Assembly: GCA_028023455.1 (NCBI GenBank)
Contig: JAQFVV010000004.1
Location: 23,436,001-23,500,000, forward strand
Direction: 5' to 3'
DNA length: 64,000 nt
Source: Epiperipatus broadwayi
Lineage: Eukaryota > Animalia > Onychophora
The translations under genes and the position numbers were made by a program. The number at the start of each line of letters is the position of its first letter. Position 1 is the first letter of the stretch. Below, piece by piece: positions 1 through 13,439 of the stretch. Under the pieces are notes generated by a model. The model worked only from the letters and a program-made list of their open reading frames with translations, made no database searches and had not been told where the DNA came from.

Positions 1-290
1 TAATTAAATACACATTCAATAAAACAATTCTTTTTTAAACTTCTATATATAAAATGTTATATGCAATAGCGAGTATGTGTGTGCATCGGGTGTTTATTTT
101 TAAAATTAAAATGTTTCTATAATATGAGATTTTTACTAACCTACTAGAGAAATAAATGTACACACATCATGCTATATGATATTAACATTGAGTTATTTTT
201 TATTAAGGGAAAGGGGGGGGGAGCTCTTTGGATATTATAATTATTATTTAAATAGAAGTTTTCATTATTAATTATGTATAAAATTAACAC

Positions 291-2840
291 CATGATGTGA
301 TGCACTGTGACTTCTTAAATGGAGTCAGGAATCTCTCAGCAACTATGCCCAGAGAAACCTGTTAGCCACTTTATCTTCCCTTTCCATTTCCCCACCCTAA
401 GTTTTCCCACCATCTGCTCCATCTCATTTCCACAACATAATATTTGTCAACTCCATGGCCTTCATATTTAAATCTCTCGTATCTTTTCCCAAACCCAGAA
501 TAAAAACCAATAACCCACTTTCTGTATAATCACTTTGTTCATATTTCATTATTTATATTCTTTCTGCTTTCAAGCATTTACATTCAATTAACAGATGCCT
601 AATATTTTTTATGCCTTCCTTACACGACTTGCAGACTAAATTACACCTATTTTCCCATTTACATGTATATTCCCTTGTTGCTAAAGATCCCATTCGAGCC
701 TTAAACAGTAAACTACTTTCCTTGCTATTATCATAAATTAACTCACACCCAATGTTCCATTTATATATATTTAAACTCTTTTTACTCTCCATACTAGTTT
801 TCCATCTCTCCAACTCCCTATTCTTTAAATATTAATACATCTATTCTTTTATCTCATTCCTTACCACTATAACATTCAACAATCCTCCTACCTTTGTACA
901 AGTATACCGATATAAATTCTTTATCCAAATCTTCTGCATACCGCATTACCTTTCTCACCCATCTTGTTGCCTGCCCTTTACTTATAACCCAATTAAATAC
1001 TATTTTGGCTATTCTTTTATTATCCATAAACTGCAATCTACCAAACATTTTCATTTTGCTTTTTGCAGATCTCATATAAAAACTTGACCATCCCATTTCT
1101 CATTGAATTGCCTCCTTTGCTGTCCACACATCTGCATCTAATGGATGTCTTCCTACTTCTCTTTGTACTTTTTCTAAGTATTCTAATACCCCTTCACTAA
1201 CACATAACACATCATTACCAATGTTAGCCCTGCTATTGCAACTCCCTTCCATACAATTCTAGCTACATCATATTTATTATATGAAAACACTGTTAATTTC
1301 TTTATCAATCCCTTTCTTTTCTTTGCTTCATTTATCAATTTTTTCTCCCATTCATCCAAGCAATTTTTCTGATTACTTAAGATGATTCCCAAATAACTAT
1401 ATCTATTCACAACACTTAACTTTATATCCTCCAATAAAAATTCTACGTCTTCTCTTTCCCCAGTATTAACCATCATTATATTTGATTTTTCTTCACTAAA
1501 TTTAATCATCATCTCTTTACCCATCTTTGTGCATGTCCTCAGCATAACCTTCATATCTTCTCTCTTTTCAGCACACAAAAAGATATCATCCGCAAAAAAA
1601 AAAAACCTGACAAAGTATATACTCCCTTGCCACATATTAGTGGTATCTCTATCCCTCTTCCTAGCCTTTCTATTGTTCTCTCCATTTCACTCAAATACAA
1701 CAAAAACAAAATAGGTGATATAGGGCATCCTTGCCTTAGTCCCACCCCATTTTTAATTTTAACTGATTCTATACCCCCTAATTGATATGTATAATAATAA
1801 TTTTCATATAATTTCTTAATAATATTTACTAAAGCTTCATCCATTCCCAAATTTGCAAACCTTATCCATAATCTATTTCTATTTACTCTATCATATGCCT
1901 TCTCTATATCTATAAAACATATATAACTGTCTACCTGAATTCCTACTCATATCCATAAGTTGTGTAACTACAAATAAACTATCTCCTATATGCCTATCTG
2001 ATCTGAAACCTCCTTGCATGTCCCCCATTATATTATCATTATTCTTTTCCATCCATTTTGCAACTCTTCCAGCCACCATATATGAAACAACTTTATATAA
2101 AATTGATGTTATCGCTATTGGCATATAATTCTTTAAACTTTCTATGATCCTTACCCTTTATTTTAAATAATAATCTTACTCTTGTATTACTCCAACTACC
2201 TGGAAAAACTATCTTCTGTGCCATGATAATAGCTTTATTTTTGCTCTATGCCCTAAATTTATTAACATCTCCGCTGCCCATCCATCTGAACCTCTTGCCT
2301 TTTCACTTTTCAATTTCTTCCCTGTCTCATTCAGTTCATTTTTTGTAAACCTAATATTTCCATTACTATATGCTTTCATGTTTTCTATCATTATGTCTGT
2401 CCTTCACGTCTAACATCTTTCTATCCCCTCATCAATACTATCTCTCTCTCTCCCCCCCTACATTTCTCCTTTTAAGGTATTTCAAAATTTTTTTACCCTC
2501 ATTTCTTCCACTTTTATTAATATCCTCCAATAATTTACTATTCAATTTCATTCTCTGTCTATAATTATCTATTTTAGCCAACTTCTTATTTTCTAAGTAC
2601 TTTTTCCATTTAGCATTAATATCGTTTTCATTTTCTTTGTTCTTAATAGCACACTTATATTCTCTGCACATTTCCTCTCTTTTACACTTTTACTTCCATT
2701 TTTTTATTACTTTTATTCTTCTGAATATTCTCAACTAAAATCCTACTTGCCACTTTTTCTATTTCATCACCCCAGTCCTTATACTCATCTCCAATCAACT
2801 GTTCCATGGTTTCTTCAACTTGTATTTTATACTCTTCTAA
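291..2840 (-). mobile_element. 5'-truncated, frameshifted non-LTR retrotransposon (LINE): RT plus C-terminal CCHC knuckle; clade not determined
   Basis: Consecutive minus-strand ORF fragments give RT motifs PIAITSILYKV, QGGFRSDR, GLRQGCPISPILFLLYL, FFADDI and YSYLGI, then LLFKARMGSL...CKSCKEGIKNIRHLLIEC. The 3' end finishes in a (CATCA)n-like tail at about 291-300. Confidence 0.9.
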
Positions 2841-2842
2841 CA

Positions 2843-3270
2843 CTGTGATGTGATTACACTGTGGCTTCTCCTTAAACAGAGTCAGGAATCTCTCAACAAT
2901 TATGCCCAGAGAAACCTGTTAGCCACTTTACCTTCCCTTTCCATTCCCTATCCTAAGTTTTACCATATTCTGCTCCATCCCATTTCCACAACATAATCTT
3001 TGTCAACTTTGAGACCTTTATATGTAAATCCTCCTTATCTTTTCCCAAACCCAGCATAAAAACCAATAATTCACTTTCTGTATAATCACTTTTTTGATAT
3101 TTATTCTTCCATAACTTCATTATATGTAACCTTTCTATTTTCAAGCATTTACATTAAATTAACAAATGCCTAATATTTTCAATTCCTTCCTTACATAATT
3201 TACAAAATAAATCACGCATGATTTTGCCATTTACATATATATTCTCTTGTGTGAGCCTTAAACAATAAAC
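2843..3270 (-). mobile_element. Second, short 3' fragment of the same LINE family, head-to-tail with the first copy
   Basis: gagtcaggaatctctcaacaattatgcccagagaaacctgttagccacttta at about 2880-2930 matches 323-373. ORF 2953-3144 encodes the same C-terminus (YQKSDYTESELLVFMLGL...KIMLWKW). Confidence 0.88.
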
Positions 3271-3291
3271 TCGCCCTAATATTCGATAGCT

Positions 3292-3306
3292 GCTGCCATC
3301 TAACGG
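3292..3306 (-). promoter_or_regulatory. CTCF-like motif
   Basis: The minus strand reads CCGTTAGATGGCAGC, one mismatch from the CCRCYAGRKGGCRS core. It lies in a short CpG-retaining patch. Motif match only. Confidence 0.3.
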
Positions 3307-5649
3307 AAATTGATAAATAAATGCCGCCAATAATGTTTATTACAGCATTTATTATTTTTAATATGCTATATAGAATAATTACATTAATATTTATTTAATA
3401 TTAAATTTAAAAAAAGTTTTGGAAAAATAATCTTAGTGATGATTATTTTTTTAAAAAGTCATTTAATAATATATATATTTTGATATCTATTAAAACAAGT
3501 ATTGTTTCGTACATTAATACAAAATATTTTTAAAAATGATATAAGTAAACTTTACAAAAGTCCTAGTTACTATTATTTTTTTCCCAATAATTAATGGTAT
3601 TTTACTTAAATATAAAAACTATTTAATAAACATTCCGATATAATTATTTATTTATTACATTACTAAAGCCACAATTGAAATCGTAGAACGTTTCTAAAAA
3701 TGAATGCCATTTATGAGAAGTGATTTTCCTTAAATGTAAAACTACAATACATAATTTAATAAAACTGTTATTTTATAATGTAGTTTAGAAATCATTAGCT
3801 GAAACAACTTCTTCATTTTCCATAATTATTTTATACAATAACTATCCCCCGTAACTAGACTTTGAATTTCTCTTGAATTAAATCTATCTCGCTAGCAAAT
3901 CAGTACTTAATTAAAATTAAATTATGGATAAAATAAAAATATTTTAAGATCCATATTTGTATTGGCTTCATTCAGATCCTATTTATTCAGAATATACAAA
4001 TATTTGCTTTTTGTTTATATCCAAATATCAAGTGTATACATTAATGTTAGAAATCCTAAAAATCTTGACATTTTCTAGATTCTAAATGGACAGTGGATTA
4101 ATTTCAAAAGGCAAAGTTAATGAGACTGGAAATTAGGTTTGGTAATCAAGTGAATAAAAATAATAATCAGGATTTATTAATGATATCAAAGATGGTTTTA
4201 AATCTAAGTAGATTAAAGAACATTTTTAAAAAAGATTTTTTAAAATTTTACTTTATGTAAGAGGGGGGGGGGGGTAAATGAGATAACATTTAAAAAAAAA
4301 TATAAATGAGAAGCGATATATTTTTAAATTTGGGTTTTAAATATTTATGAAGAAAAAGAGAGACTAGTTAGTTTAGCCAAAAAACATTACGAAGTAAAAT
4401 GAACTAATGAGAATGAACGCTATGACGCGTCGGGGGATAAATATATTATTACGAATAATAAAATAAAAGTTATGAGAACTAATTTAAAAAGAAAAAAATC
4501 ATTTCTAAGAGATGATCATTATTTAATAAAAAAAATTTAAACTAAATTTACTGATTTCTGTTTCTAACAAAAAACTTAATAATAATAATAATAAAGATTA
4601 TATTATTATTATTTGATCTCTCAATCTTCAGAATATAAATGTGTGTTTGCATGAAGATGTTCACTTTCAATATATATTTAATTGTAAATGTTGTTGGATT
4701 TGTTCATTTTATTGAGAGGAGTTATTGGGTTGAAAATTATACAGTTAATTGGGTATACCAAGATATGAGAAATGTGTATAATAAATGAAAATAACAAAAG
4801 TATCCAAATAAAGGGTAGCACAATTAGATTATATTTTGTCTCTCAAAAAATATATACATCAAAATAGTAATGTTTTAAGAGATTTAACACAGGGAGTGAT
4901 CATTGATTAGTGAATGTAAAATACATGTTAATGCAAAATTAGAGAGATGAAAACTTTTTAGAAAAATAGTACTAACAGTTAATATTCTTAATCATCAAAA
5001 ATATTCCAATAAATATAAAGTGGAATTTGTAAATCATTTTATAATACTAATAGACTTTGAAGATAGTTTAGACTAGATTGAAATCAATAATAAAATAACT
5101 AAGAATCTATTAAAAACTGTAAAATAGATAGTTATTAAAAAAAGTGGCAATTTATCAATAATTTTTTTACTGAGACTACAATATATGAAAAAAAAAAAGA
5201 AATATAAAATTTTTTAAAAATGTTCCACTAAAAAGAATTGAATATCTAGAGTTTTGTAAAGAGGTACAAAAAAAAAAAAAAGAGTTAATGTTGATATAAG
5301 AAAATAAAATTATAAGAAAATCAAAGCATACATCACAGGACTTAACTTACTATTTTCTTACAATTATAGTTTTGCTTTTGAGGCTTTGTCGAGCTATTTG
5401 AGTTAGATAGCTGAATTTGAAGCCATATAGATGTCTGAAAATTTCAGATTTTCTACTTAATAGTTAAGTATTAGATAAATGCTGGGCTTGAGTTGGTATT
5501 TTAGATTTAGTGTCTGAATATCTTAGTGCCTCACTGACAAGAGCCATTAGCTGTAACCAGTTTGGGATTAGGAATAAACCTATATAGAGATTTTAAATGC
5601 TTTCTCTTGCAACAATTATCGGAAAAGCTTGTTTAAAGCTATTAGCACA

Positions 5650-6800
5650 CTCATTAACTTAGAATTGTAAATTGGAAAGTTATAGATGAGAAAAAGTTTT
5701 TAAAAATGTAAAACATTTTATTAATGGAAGACAAATTGTTTCAGCTGTAAAAAGAAAATAATTATTAAAAAGAGAGATGTCATCAAAAAATACTTGGAAT
5801 TTTTTTTATAAAGAATTATAAAGTAATATGGAACAAGAAAACAAAGCATCCTTTACAATGACATCTTCTGAATGCTGACTATTTTAAATGAAAAGATGAG
5901 ACATGATATTTAAATTTATGAAAAAAGAAAAAGCTCTAGAAAGTGATGAAATTATTATTGGTAGTTAAAAACAAAAACAAATGAAATAGAAAAATTGTAG
6001 GAAAAGTTTGGAAGAACATAGTAGTAATATTGACATTTAAGAAATGTGATAAAGAAGATATTAGAAATTATTAGATTTATCAGTCTTCTATAAATTCTAT
6101 ACAAAACTTTATCAAGATAATTACAAGTTGTTCAGTAAACTTTGAATTCAAATCAACAACCAAACAAGCTGGATTTAAAAGCAGTTTTAGCACAGTGACT
6201 GACTCATATCCAAGTAGTGAGAAAAGTCATAGAAAGGACTAACGAATATGAGTTGCTATTACATTTTGGATTTGTAAATTATAAAAAGGCATTTAGTTTT
6301 ATAAGCATTTCTATAATGATTAAAGCATTGAATTATCAAAACAGTCTTATTCTGAAGAATATTGATCACAGTGATTAGATTACTGTATGGTAATACTAAG
6401 ATGATTAACATTAAAAAGGATGCATGATAGGTGATTCCATATTTCCAAAACTTTTTACAGCACTTGCTCAAGAAATATTTTTTTGGATTAAAACACAAAG
6501 ATAATTGATTAAAAGCAAATGGATTTTGGAGATGATGAGCTTCTTTTTTGCAAAGAGTTATCAGATGAAAGTAAGAAAATAGGACTAAAGATAAATACTA
6601 AAAATAAAAGTCATAAAGACTGATAATCATGAATTAAAAAGAAAAATGACTTCAAATACCTTGTTCTAAATATTAATGCAGATGGAAGGGATAGTGGATG
6701 AAACTGCTTGAAATTAAAGGTGGATAGATAACAAGTGATAGACATAACTTAGTATTAGATACATAAGAGAAGAGCAAACAAAGAAATGTGAAGAGATATA
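5650..6800 (+). mobile_element. Decayed RTE-clade LINE (RT and C-terminal remnant)
   Basis: Manual translation across stops and frameshifts gives KA.GSDEI, K.DKEDIRNY..ISLL, QQP.QAGF.S.FST, FV.YKKAF and a KR..GRP-like C-terminal region. Confidence 0.75.
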
Positions 6801-6829
6801 TGTTATTAAGAAATACTTTTTTCTCTTGC

Positions 6830-8100
6830 CAGTTGTTCCTGTTAGAGCAAACTTGAGGAATAATAAATGCTAGATGATAGTGCTTAATAAATCCCTATTG
6901 AATGGTATTCCATCCAATATCCTCAGATTAGGTTTAGATTATAGTTTTATCAACGAAAAACTTTGGTTATGGGAGTACCATATTTGAATCTAATGCATCT
7001 TTCCTCCATCAGCTATTTTTATTCCTTTGTTTTATTATCAACACATCAGTCCAAACTGAAAAACACATTTTCAATTTAAGCCAAATTGCTTGTACTGTTC
7101 TATAGATATGAAACCTATTTATATTTTATGGTATCCTTAGTTTTTTGATAACTATAGGCAACTTTATATTTTGGTCAGCAGTAGTATGAAACCAGCAAAA
7201 TATCACCCCAGTTTACACAATGCTGTTCAGTAGTAACCTTTCTTTCTTTTTTTTGCAGTTATGCCATCTAGTACAAGCTTGAGTAATTAATAAATTCTAG
7301 ATGCAAGTGCTCAAAAAATCCTTATTCAATGTTGTTCCATTTAACACCCCCAATCTAATGTCTAGTTTATGGCTTTCATCATTAAAAAACTTTGGATATG
7401 GGAGCAGTATATCTGCATATGTTTGGATCTAAGGCACCTTTTCTCCAGCAGCCAACTTTTTCTCCTTCACTGATGAAAACCATACTTAAAATGATCCGAA
7501 CATATTAGATGAAATAGCACTAGATAGAAATTTACTAAGCACTGCCATATACCATACGTTGATTATTCAAACTTAAACTAAATAACATTAGTTGGAGAAA
7601 GATAATTTATTATTGAACAGCATGACTCATATGTTTTGTTGACTTTAAACCAATCATGACCAAAGAATAGACATATCTACAGTTATTTAAGGGTTACCAT
7701 AATATATAGATATTAAACTAGTTTCAGATCTATATAAGTATACAAACAAACTGGCTAAGATTAAAAATATAAATATACTTTTCAGTTTGTGTTGATAGGC
7801 TAATAATTAAACTAAATATTTCTGCTGAAGGAAAGATGCATTACATCCAAAAAATCCAAGTACCCTACTCTCAAATCCAAAAATCTTTTCGGATGAAAGC
7901 TATAAGCTAAAAATTAATCTGAAGATATTGGATGGAAAAGTACTAGACACAATTTTGTTAAACACTGCCATTTAGCATCTGCTAATTTCTGATTTTTATA
8001 CTAAGTGGCATAACAGGGAGGGGAGAGAGAATTTGCTACTGAACAACAACATTATATAAGCTGGATCATATGATATTTTGTTGGTTTCAGTATGTTGAAA
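6830..8100. repeat. Cluster of three diverged copies of a 250-350 bp interspersed repeat (two direct, one inverted)
   Basis: About 6840-7060 and 7170-7480 on plus share blocks such as aaaaactttgg.tatgggag and atctaa.gca.cttt.ctcca.cagc. The region 7800-8100 matches them on the minus strand. Confidence 0.6.
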
Positions 8101-8109
8101 TAACAAAAA

Positions 8110-8300
8110 GTGTTTGAAAGGAAATCCATGGGTGAAAAAACATACCATTAAAAAAAATTAAGAGATTTAAATATAGCTGGGTTGGATATATTGCCAAAAA
8201 AAAAAAAAAAAAAATGCTAATTATTGAGCAGATGAAATTTTAAAATGGATTCCAAGATTTTGTGAAAGACTTGGAAATAGACCTCATGAGATTATATAAT
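8110..8300 (+). mobile_element. RTE LINE C-terminal fragment
   Basis: Translates to RFKYSWVGYIA...EILKWIPRFCERLGNRP, matching the RTE W.GH.AR / W.PR..KR..GRP pattern. Confidence 0.6.
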
Positions 8301-8659
8301 TAAAATAAACATATTTTGATAATGTATATAATTACAAATATTAGTTTAAAAGTATTGTTTTTAAAATAATTTTAAAATAAATTCAAAAGTACTGAACATC
8401 ACTGATTGAAATGGTAACAAAAAGTTCTCTGTTAAGATTTACCTCATGGTACAAATTATTTAATTTCAGAATTTTGATACTATGGATGTGCACTAATTTT
8501 AAATGTGCTTAATGATAAAATCAATAACAATAAAAAGTTAATTTCTTATGTTGTTCAAGAAGGTTTCTATTTTTTTTAATAAACCTAGGTTCCAATATCA
8601 AAAAACCCTTGAGTTTATTGCTATAAATATTCATAATAAGAAACAAATGAAAAAAAAAA

Positions 8660-9455
8660 TTGTGTAGTGTTTTGTAAAATGGCAGACATGTTTGTGCACT
8701 CCAGAAAAAACTAGAATTTATTCGTAAGGCTGTTTTTAGATTGCGCTCTGATAGCTGAGGAATTTAATTAGTGCATTGACGTAATGGCGATCGACAATTC
8801 CTAGAAATATTTGCTAATCACAAATGTTTCTAGACAAGAGACGTTACCTTATTGGTCAGTGCTTTGATTGATCATTGCAGTTGTCAGAGAGCGATAAGAA
8901 GACTGGGTAACATCAAGCAGTGTAATATAGAGAGCAGTAGAGAGCAGTCAAGCAGTATTGAGTAAGTAGAGATATCTCGCATCAGTGCTGGCGGTTAATG
9001 ATCAGCACCCAGTGGAAATGTAGTTCACGGGTGTAGCTGAAAGAGACAGCAGTGGAGATATTGAGAGCATTCGTTGCAGACCAATTCAGTGGAGAGATTG
9101 CAGACCAATTCGTTGGAGAGCTTCATTGCAGACCAATTCGTTGGAGAGCATTCATTGCAGACCAATTCGTTGGAGAGTTTTGTTGCAGACCGATTCATTG
9201 GAGAGCACTCGTTGGAAAAGAATAGCGTGGGAATTGTACAACAATATTTGCTGACCGCACAGTATTACTTGCAGATATAACATTGGCACAGTCGTAAGTG
9301 CGGATATAACAAATTGCATATAAACTTTATCAAAACAATAAAAATTTTCTTCCATATTTCACCAATAACCATTCTAAAAATTGAGAACATTTTTTTTCCT
9401 TTGATTAATAATAAGATATAATAACGTGGAAGAGCATCATTATTTGCCACACCAT
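8660..9455 (+). repeat. GC-richer, CpG-retaining inserted element, possibly a solo LTR; ends and TSD not established
   Basis: Abrupt compositional shift. Starts near tgtagtg, ends near gccaca/ccacacca, with an AATAAA at about 9337 and an internal tandem array. No convincing TSD. Confidence 0.4.
9075..9212 (+). repeat. Five-copy 24-29 bp tandem repeat (ttgcagaccaattcgttggagag...)
   Basis: Units visible directly; the core ccaattcgttgg is a CCAA-TTCG-TTGG mini-hairpin. Confidence 0.95.
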
Positions 9456-9844
9456 GTGACTATCTTGAAATCAATTAATTATAGAAGAAATTATTATATT
9501 TATTTGTTCTATTAATTCTAAAAATATTTGGAATGTAAAATGTGATGTTTTCTTTTGTTTTGTATTTCATCATTTCTTTATTTTTTCATCCATCAAAACT
9601 TTACACTCATGGTAAAATAAACAAGTCAATCACAGAATAAAATTAATTTAAAATATATAAAAAAACAAAACACATTATGTAAAAAGTACCAAAATATATA
9701 AAATTTTAAAAGCAGTGAAATATACAGAAAAAAAATGAAACAAAAAACGAATTATATGTTAACATATAATTTTTTGAAAAGTTGTGAATATTACAAACCA
9801 ATTATCTTTTTAAATATTTCAATTTATTATTTCATTAAAACGGT

Positions 9845-10195
9845 ATGCGATGCGATGTGGTGCACTATAGCTTCTCCTTTATCAGAGTCAGGAATTTCTC
9901 AATTACTATGCCTAGAGAAACTGTTAGCCCTTACCTTTCCATTCACCACCCTAAGTTTTTCCCATATTCTTCTCTATCCTGCTCAATCCTATTTCCACAA
10001 CATCATCTTTGCCCACTCTATGGCCTTTATATCAAGATACTCCTTATCTTTTTCCAGACCAAGTATAACCAAGAACCCACTTTTTGTATAATTACTTTGC
10101 TTATATTTATTCTTCCACAACATCATAACTTGCACACTTTCTGCTTGCAAGCATTTACATTCAATTAGCAAATACCTAATATTTTCTGCGCTTTC
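9845..10195 (-). mobile_element. Third 3' fragment of the CCHC-tailed LINE family
   Basis: gagtcaggaatttctcaattactatgcctagagaaactgttagccc matches the copies at 323 and 2880. ORF 9989-10228 gives AENIRYLLIECKCL...LGL...AIEWAKMMLWK. Tail is (CATCG)n-like. Confidence 0.88.
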
Positions 10196-10423
10196 ATAAG
10201 AATAGAAAAAAAGAGATAAATTCTTCATAAAATTTAATATCTATATATATGGTTAAAAAAAAAAGGAAAAATTTCTATCCTAATAAAGAATGATTATATA
10301 TCTGTTATGTGAATGCAGACTTTTTCAAATAAATGTTGATAATAGAAAAACATAGTATAAGTTGTCTATATATAATATGCTGTTACTGAGAAATAATTGA
10401 ATATAAATTTAAAATTTGCTTAC

Positions 10424-10624
10424 TTCACATTTAATATATTCCGCATCTGGTGGCGTGGCATTTAAAGACAGTTCTATAATTCCAGAATTTGGAATTAAAT
10501 CTTGATATCTACTAATCGTAACCCATTGCCCTTGAATCCTTTTGTAGACACAATTAATTTCTACTATTCTTTGAATACCATTTCCAGTAATAAGGGGTGA
10601 ACCATCTTGGTATGATGCTGCCAC
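10424..10624 (-). CDS. Mcr: Internal exon of a TEP/alpha-2-macroglobulin family gene (Mcr/Tep6-like), MG-domain region
   Basis: Acceptor ttctttcatag and donor gtaagc bound a 201-nt phase 0-0 exon: VAASYQDGSPLITGNGIQRIVEINCVYKRIQGQWVTISRYQDLIPNSGIIELSLNATPPDAEYIKCE. It follows FKPKMSFKAY of the previous exon, as in the Mcr motif FKP.MPF..YVAVSY.DGSPL (recalled, not searched). Confidence 0.82.
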
Positions 10625-12270
10625 CTATGAAAGAATATAACAATTAAAATATTAAACATTAGAATTAAAATAAATAATTAACTTGCTTATAAATTTTTAA
10701 AAGAATATAATTAATTGACTGATAAATAATTACAAAATATATTATTGAATCATAGCTTTTATTTATTGTATAGTTAATTTATTTTAACTTAAAATATATT
10801 CTTTGGTGTGGTATTGCATAAAGACAATGTTTTATAATATTGTATATGATTTGTGTGAGAATATAGTAAAAGTAAATATCTCTTATATAAAATTTTGTTT
10901 TTATATTATTTCTATATTATTAGTATGATTACAGACTTATCAGTTTATTCTTTTAAGCTGTTTTTTGTCTCAAGGCACATTTTCAAACTTGTCAGCAAAT
11001 CAGATGCTCCAAGGCACTGTCACAATGGTCAAACTTATTTATTTTCAAACACATGTATTGAATATTTCATTCTTTAATCTAAATTCAATTTAACATGTTT
11101 ACTTTGCTAAGTTATCATTATGAAAATGATTATAATGTAATCAGAAAACCTCATTAAAATTCAATTTAATTAAGCCATACATTATTTTTTTGAAAATATA
11201 GAAATATACAAACTATTTTTGCAAAAAAAAAAAAAAAAAGCCTTTTTTTTTAATATTAAATTTTGAAAATCAGTAAATTAATTAATACATTTTTATTCCA
11301 TTAGGTCTTCTAAAGTATTTCTTTTTTGACTGACTGATTTTAATCCTACAATGCTTTTCAATATTTTAGTATTTATTTGCATTATAATTTATTTTTCTAT
11401 TTATTCTTCTTTCTTTACATTTAAAAATAATTTATTGAAAATACACTTTTAGTAAACGAACTTCTATGTTCAGTATTAAATTTTATTGTAATATGACAGT
11501 GCATTATTTGCTAATCATCAAAATCAGCAGCAGAGTGGGAATAAGTATGACCATTCCAACTTCAAGAAAAACAATCCTAAAGATAAGATTTGTATTATTA
11601 TGCAAACTAATCTATATATTCACATACAGAACATGCTGTTTTTATTATTTTTATTTAATATTTTGCAATATAATATTTTAATTTTTTCTGCAGCAAACTT
11701 TTCTTTCAACACTTTACCTAATAATTATAACTCCCTAACAGCGGTTGAAAACAGATTTTTCTGATAAAAGCAATTAATATTGTGCTTCCTTAAAGAATTC
11801 TTGAGATGATCTTACAAACTTCTTTTTCTGAACAGTACACTATATGGAGCATCTAAACTAATTATTCAATAACTCAAAAATTTCATTGCAGGAGATTAAA
11901 ATTTTTGTTATAGTTATTTTGGGGGAAATTCTGGATATAGTATTATTTTCTTTGATGTTTCTCAAGACTGATTTAGATATAGTACTATTATTATTATTAT
12001 AAACTTCCTCAACATTAATTTTGTCATATATTTCCTATCTCTTCAATTTCATTCTTTATTCTTTGGTGGCATGCATATGCTTCTTTAGTTATTGTTTTCT
12101 ATTTTTGCTAGCATTTCACAATATTAAATTTAGTCCAAAAAAATGACTATCTTTAAAATTCTATTGGTTTAAGGTTCCAGGATTGAACTTACAAATTATT
12201 AGAAATTTCCCTAATTAATTCAATTTCTAACTTAATAAATTATTTTTCTTATTACCACATAATATTAAAT

Positions 12271-12361
12271 TATCCATGTACTTTACTGCTGTTACACAAT
12301 GCTTTATTTACTACCCTTTTTTTACAGTTTCGATTGCCCCAGCAATCTTCTTCAGAACTTT
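12271..12361 (+). repeat. Single arm of the foldback MITE family found complete at 47042-47315
   Basis: tccatgtactttactgctgttacacaatgctttattt...caatcttcttcagaacttt aligns to 47045-47140. Confidence 0.8.
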
Positions 12362-13439
12362 GTATTCAAAAAAATTGTGATCTTATTTTTTTAAAGCTGT
12401 CATAGCATTTTTAATAATATAGTAATCTGTTGCAATGAAATTAATCGATTCAAAAAGATAGTTTATTACAACATCTATACATTCTATTACACATTGAAAT
12501 ACATAGTATGTAGCAATAATCCATTTCAGGTCTATATCTTAGAACAAATTGCCATGGAGCACAATCAATTAAACAAAAAATATAATACAAAAAATAACAA
12601 AATTAATTTATTTAATTTTCGGACTGTACATATAAAATTGAAAATCATAAATAATCTTTTTCTAGTGAAATCTATAATGAACTTTTCATAACAAAAAATG
12701 TTATATACCTGAAAAGCACAAATTTCCTTAGTGTAAAGAAATTCAAGTGATGCAACCTCCAATCATAGTGTTAGAAATATTTTTCATTTGATCATTATAT
12801 TACATAAAAAAAAAATCTAATTTAATGTTCTCCCTCTAACTTTTATATATTGTAAATTTGAAAAGCATGAAGGAACAGTCTTTCCCTAGTAAAAAATATA
12901 ATCAAACATTTAAAGATAAAAAAAAAAAAATGTTATAAATTTAATCTAATAAAAATCATAAGAAGTCACATAGAAATGAAAATTATTTTTTTCTTCTTAA
13001 TATCTGTGCTAATTAGGTTTCTAACTTATGGCTAAAATAACAAATGTACAAAGCAGAATAATTTTATAAAAATTAAAGCATTGTGTTTTCACTGCTAAAA
13101 GTGTAAAAATTTGGTTATATAAACTAAATTTAATAACTAAGCCTTATGGAAGATTACAATGGAAAAATTTCAGAAATATTTTGCACACACATATTATATC
13201 AATCGATAGCAAACATGATAGCACTTTCTGGAGAGATCTCACGGTATCTAAATGCATAACATGTTGGGCATAATAGTGGTGTAAAGAACTTATTAAAAAG
13301 TTAGAATAAACTGTGTTTAAGAGATGGCAACACAATAATCAAGTATTACTGCTTAATCTGTATCTTAAAGCTTATGTGAGATAGTATACATATATGCACA
13401 TGAATCTCAAAGACACAAATTATTGAGGAAACTAAGCGC

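Noticed and set aside
9075-9212. CRISPR array
   Set aside because: No unique spacers (units are contiguous), no cas genes, and a eukaryotic context.
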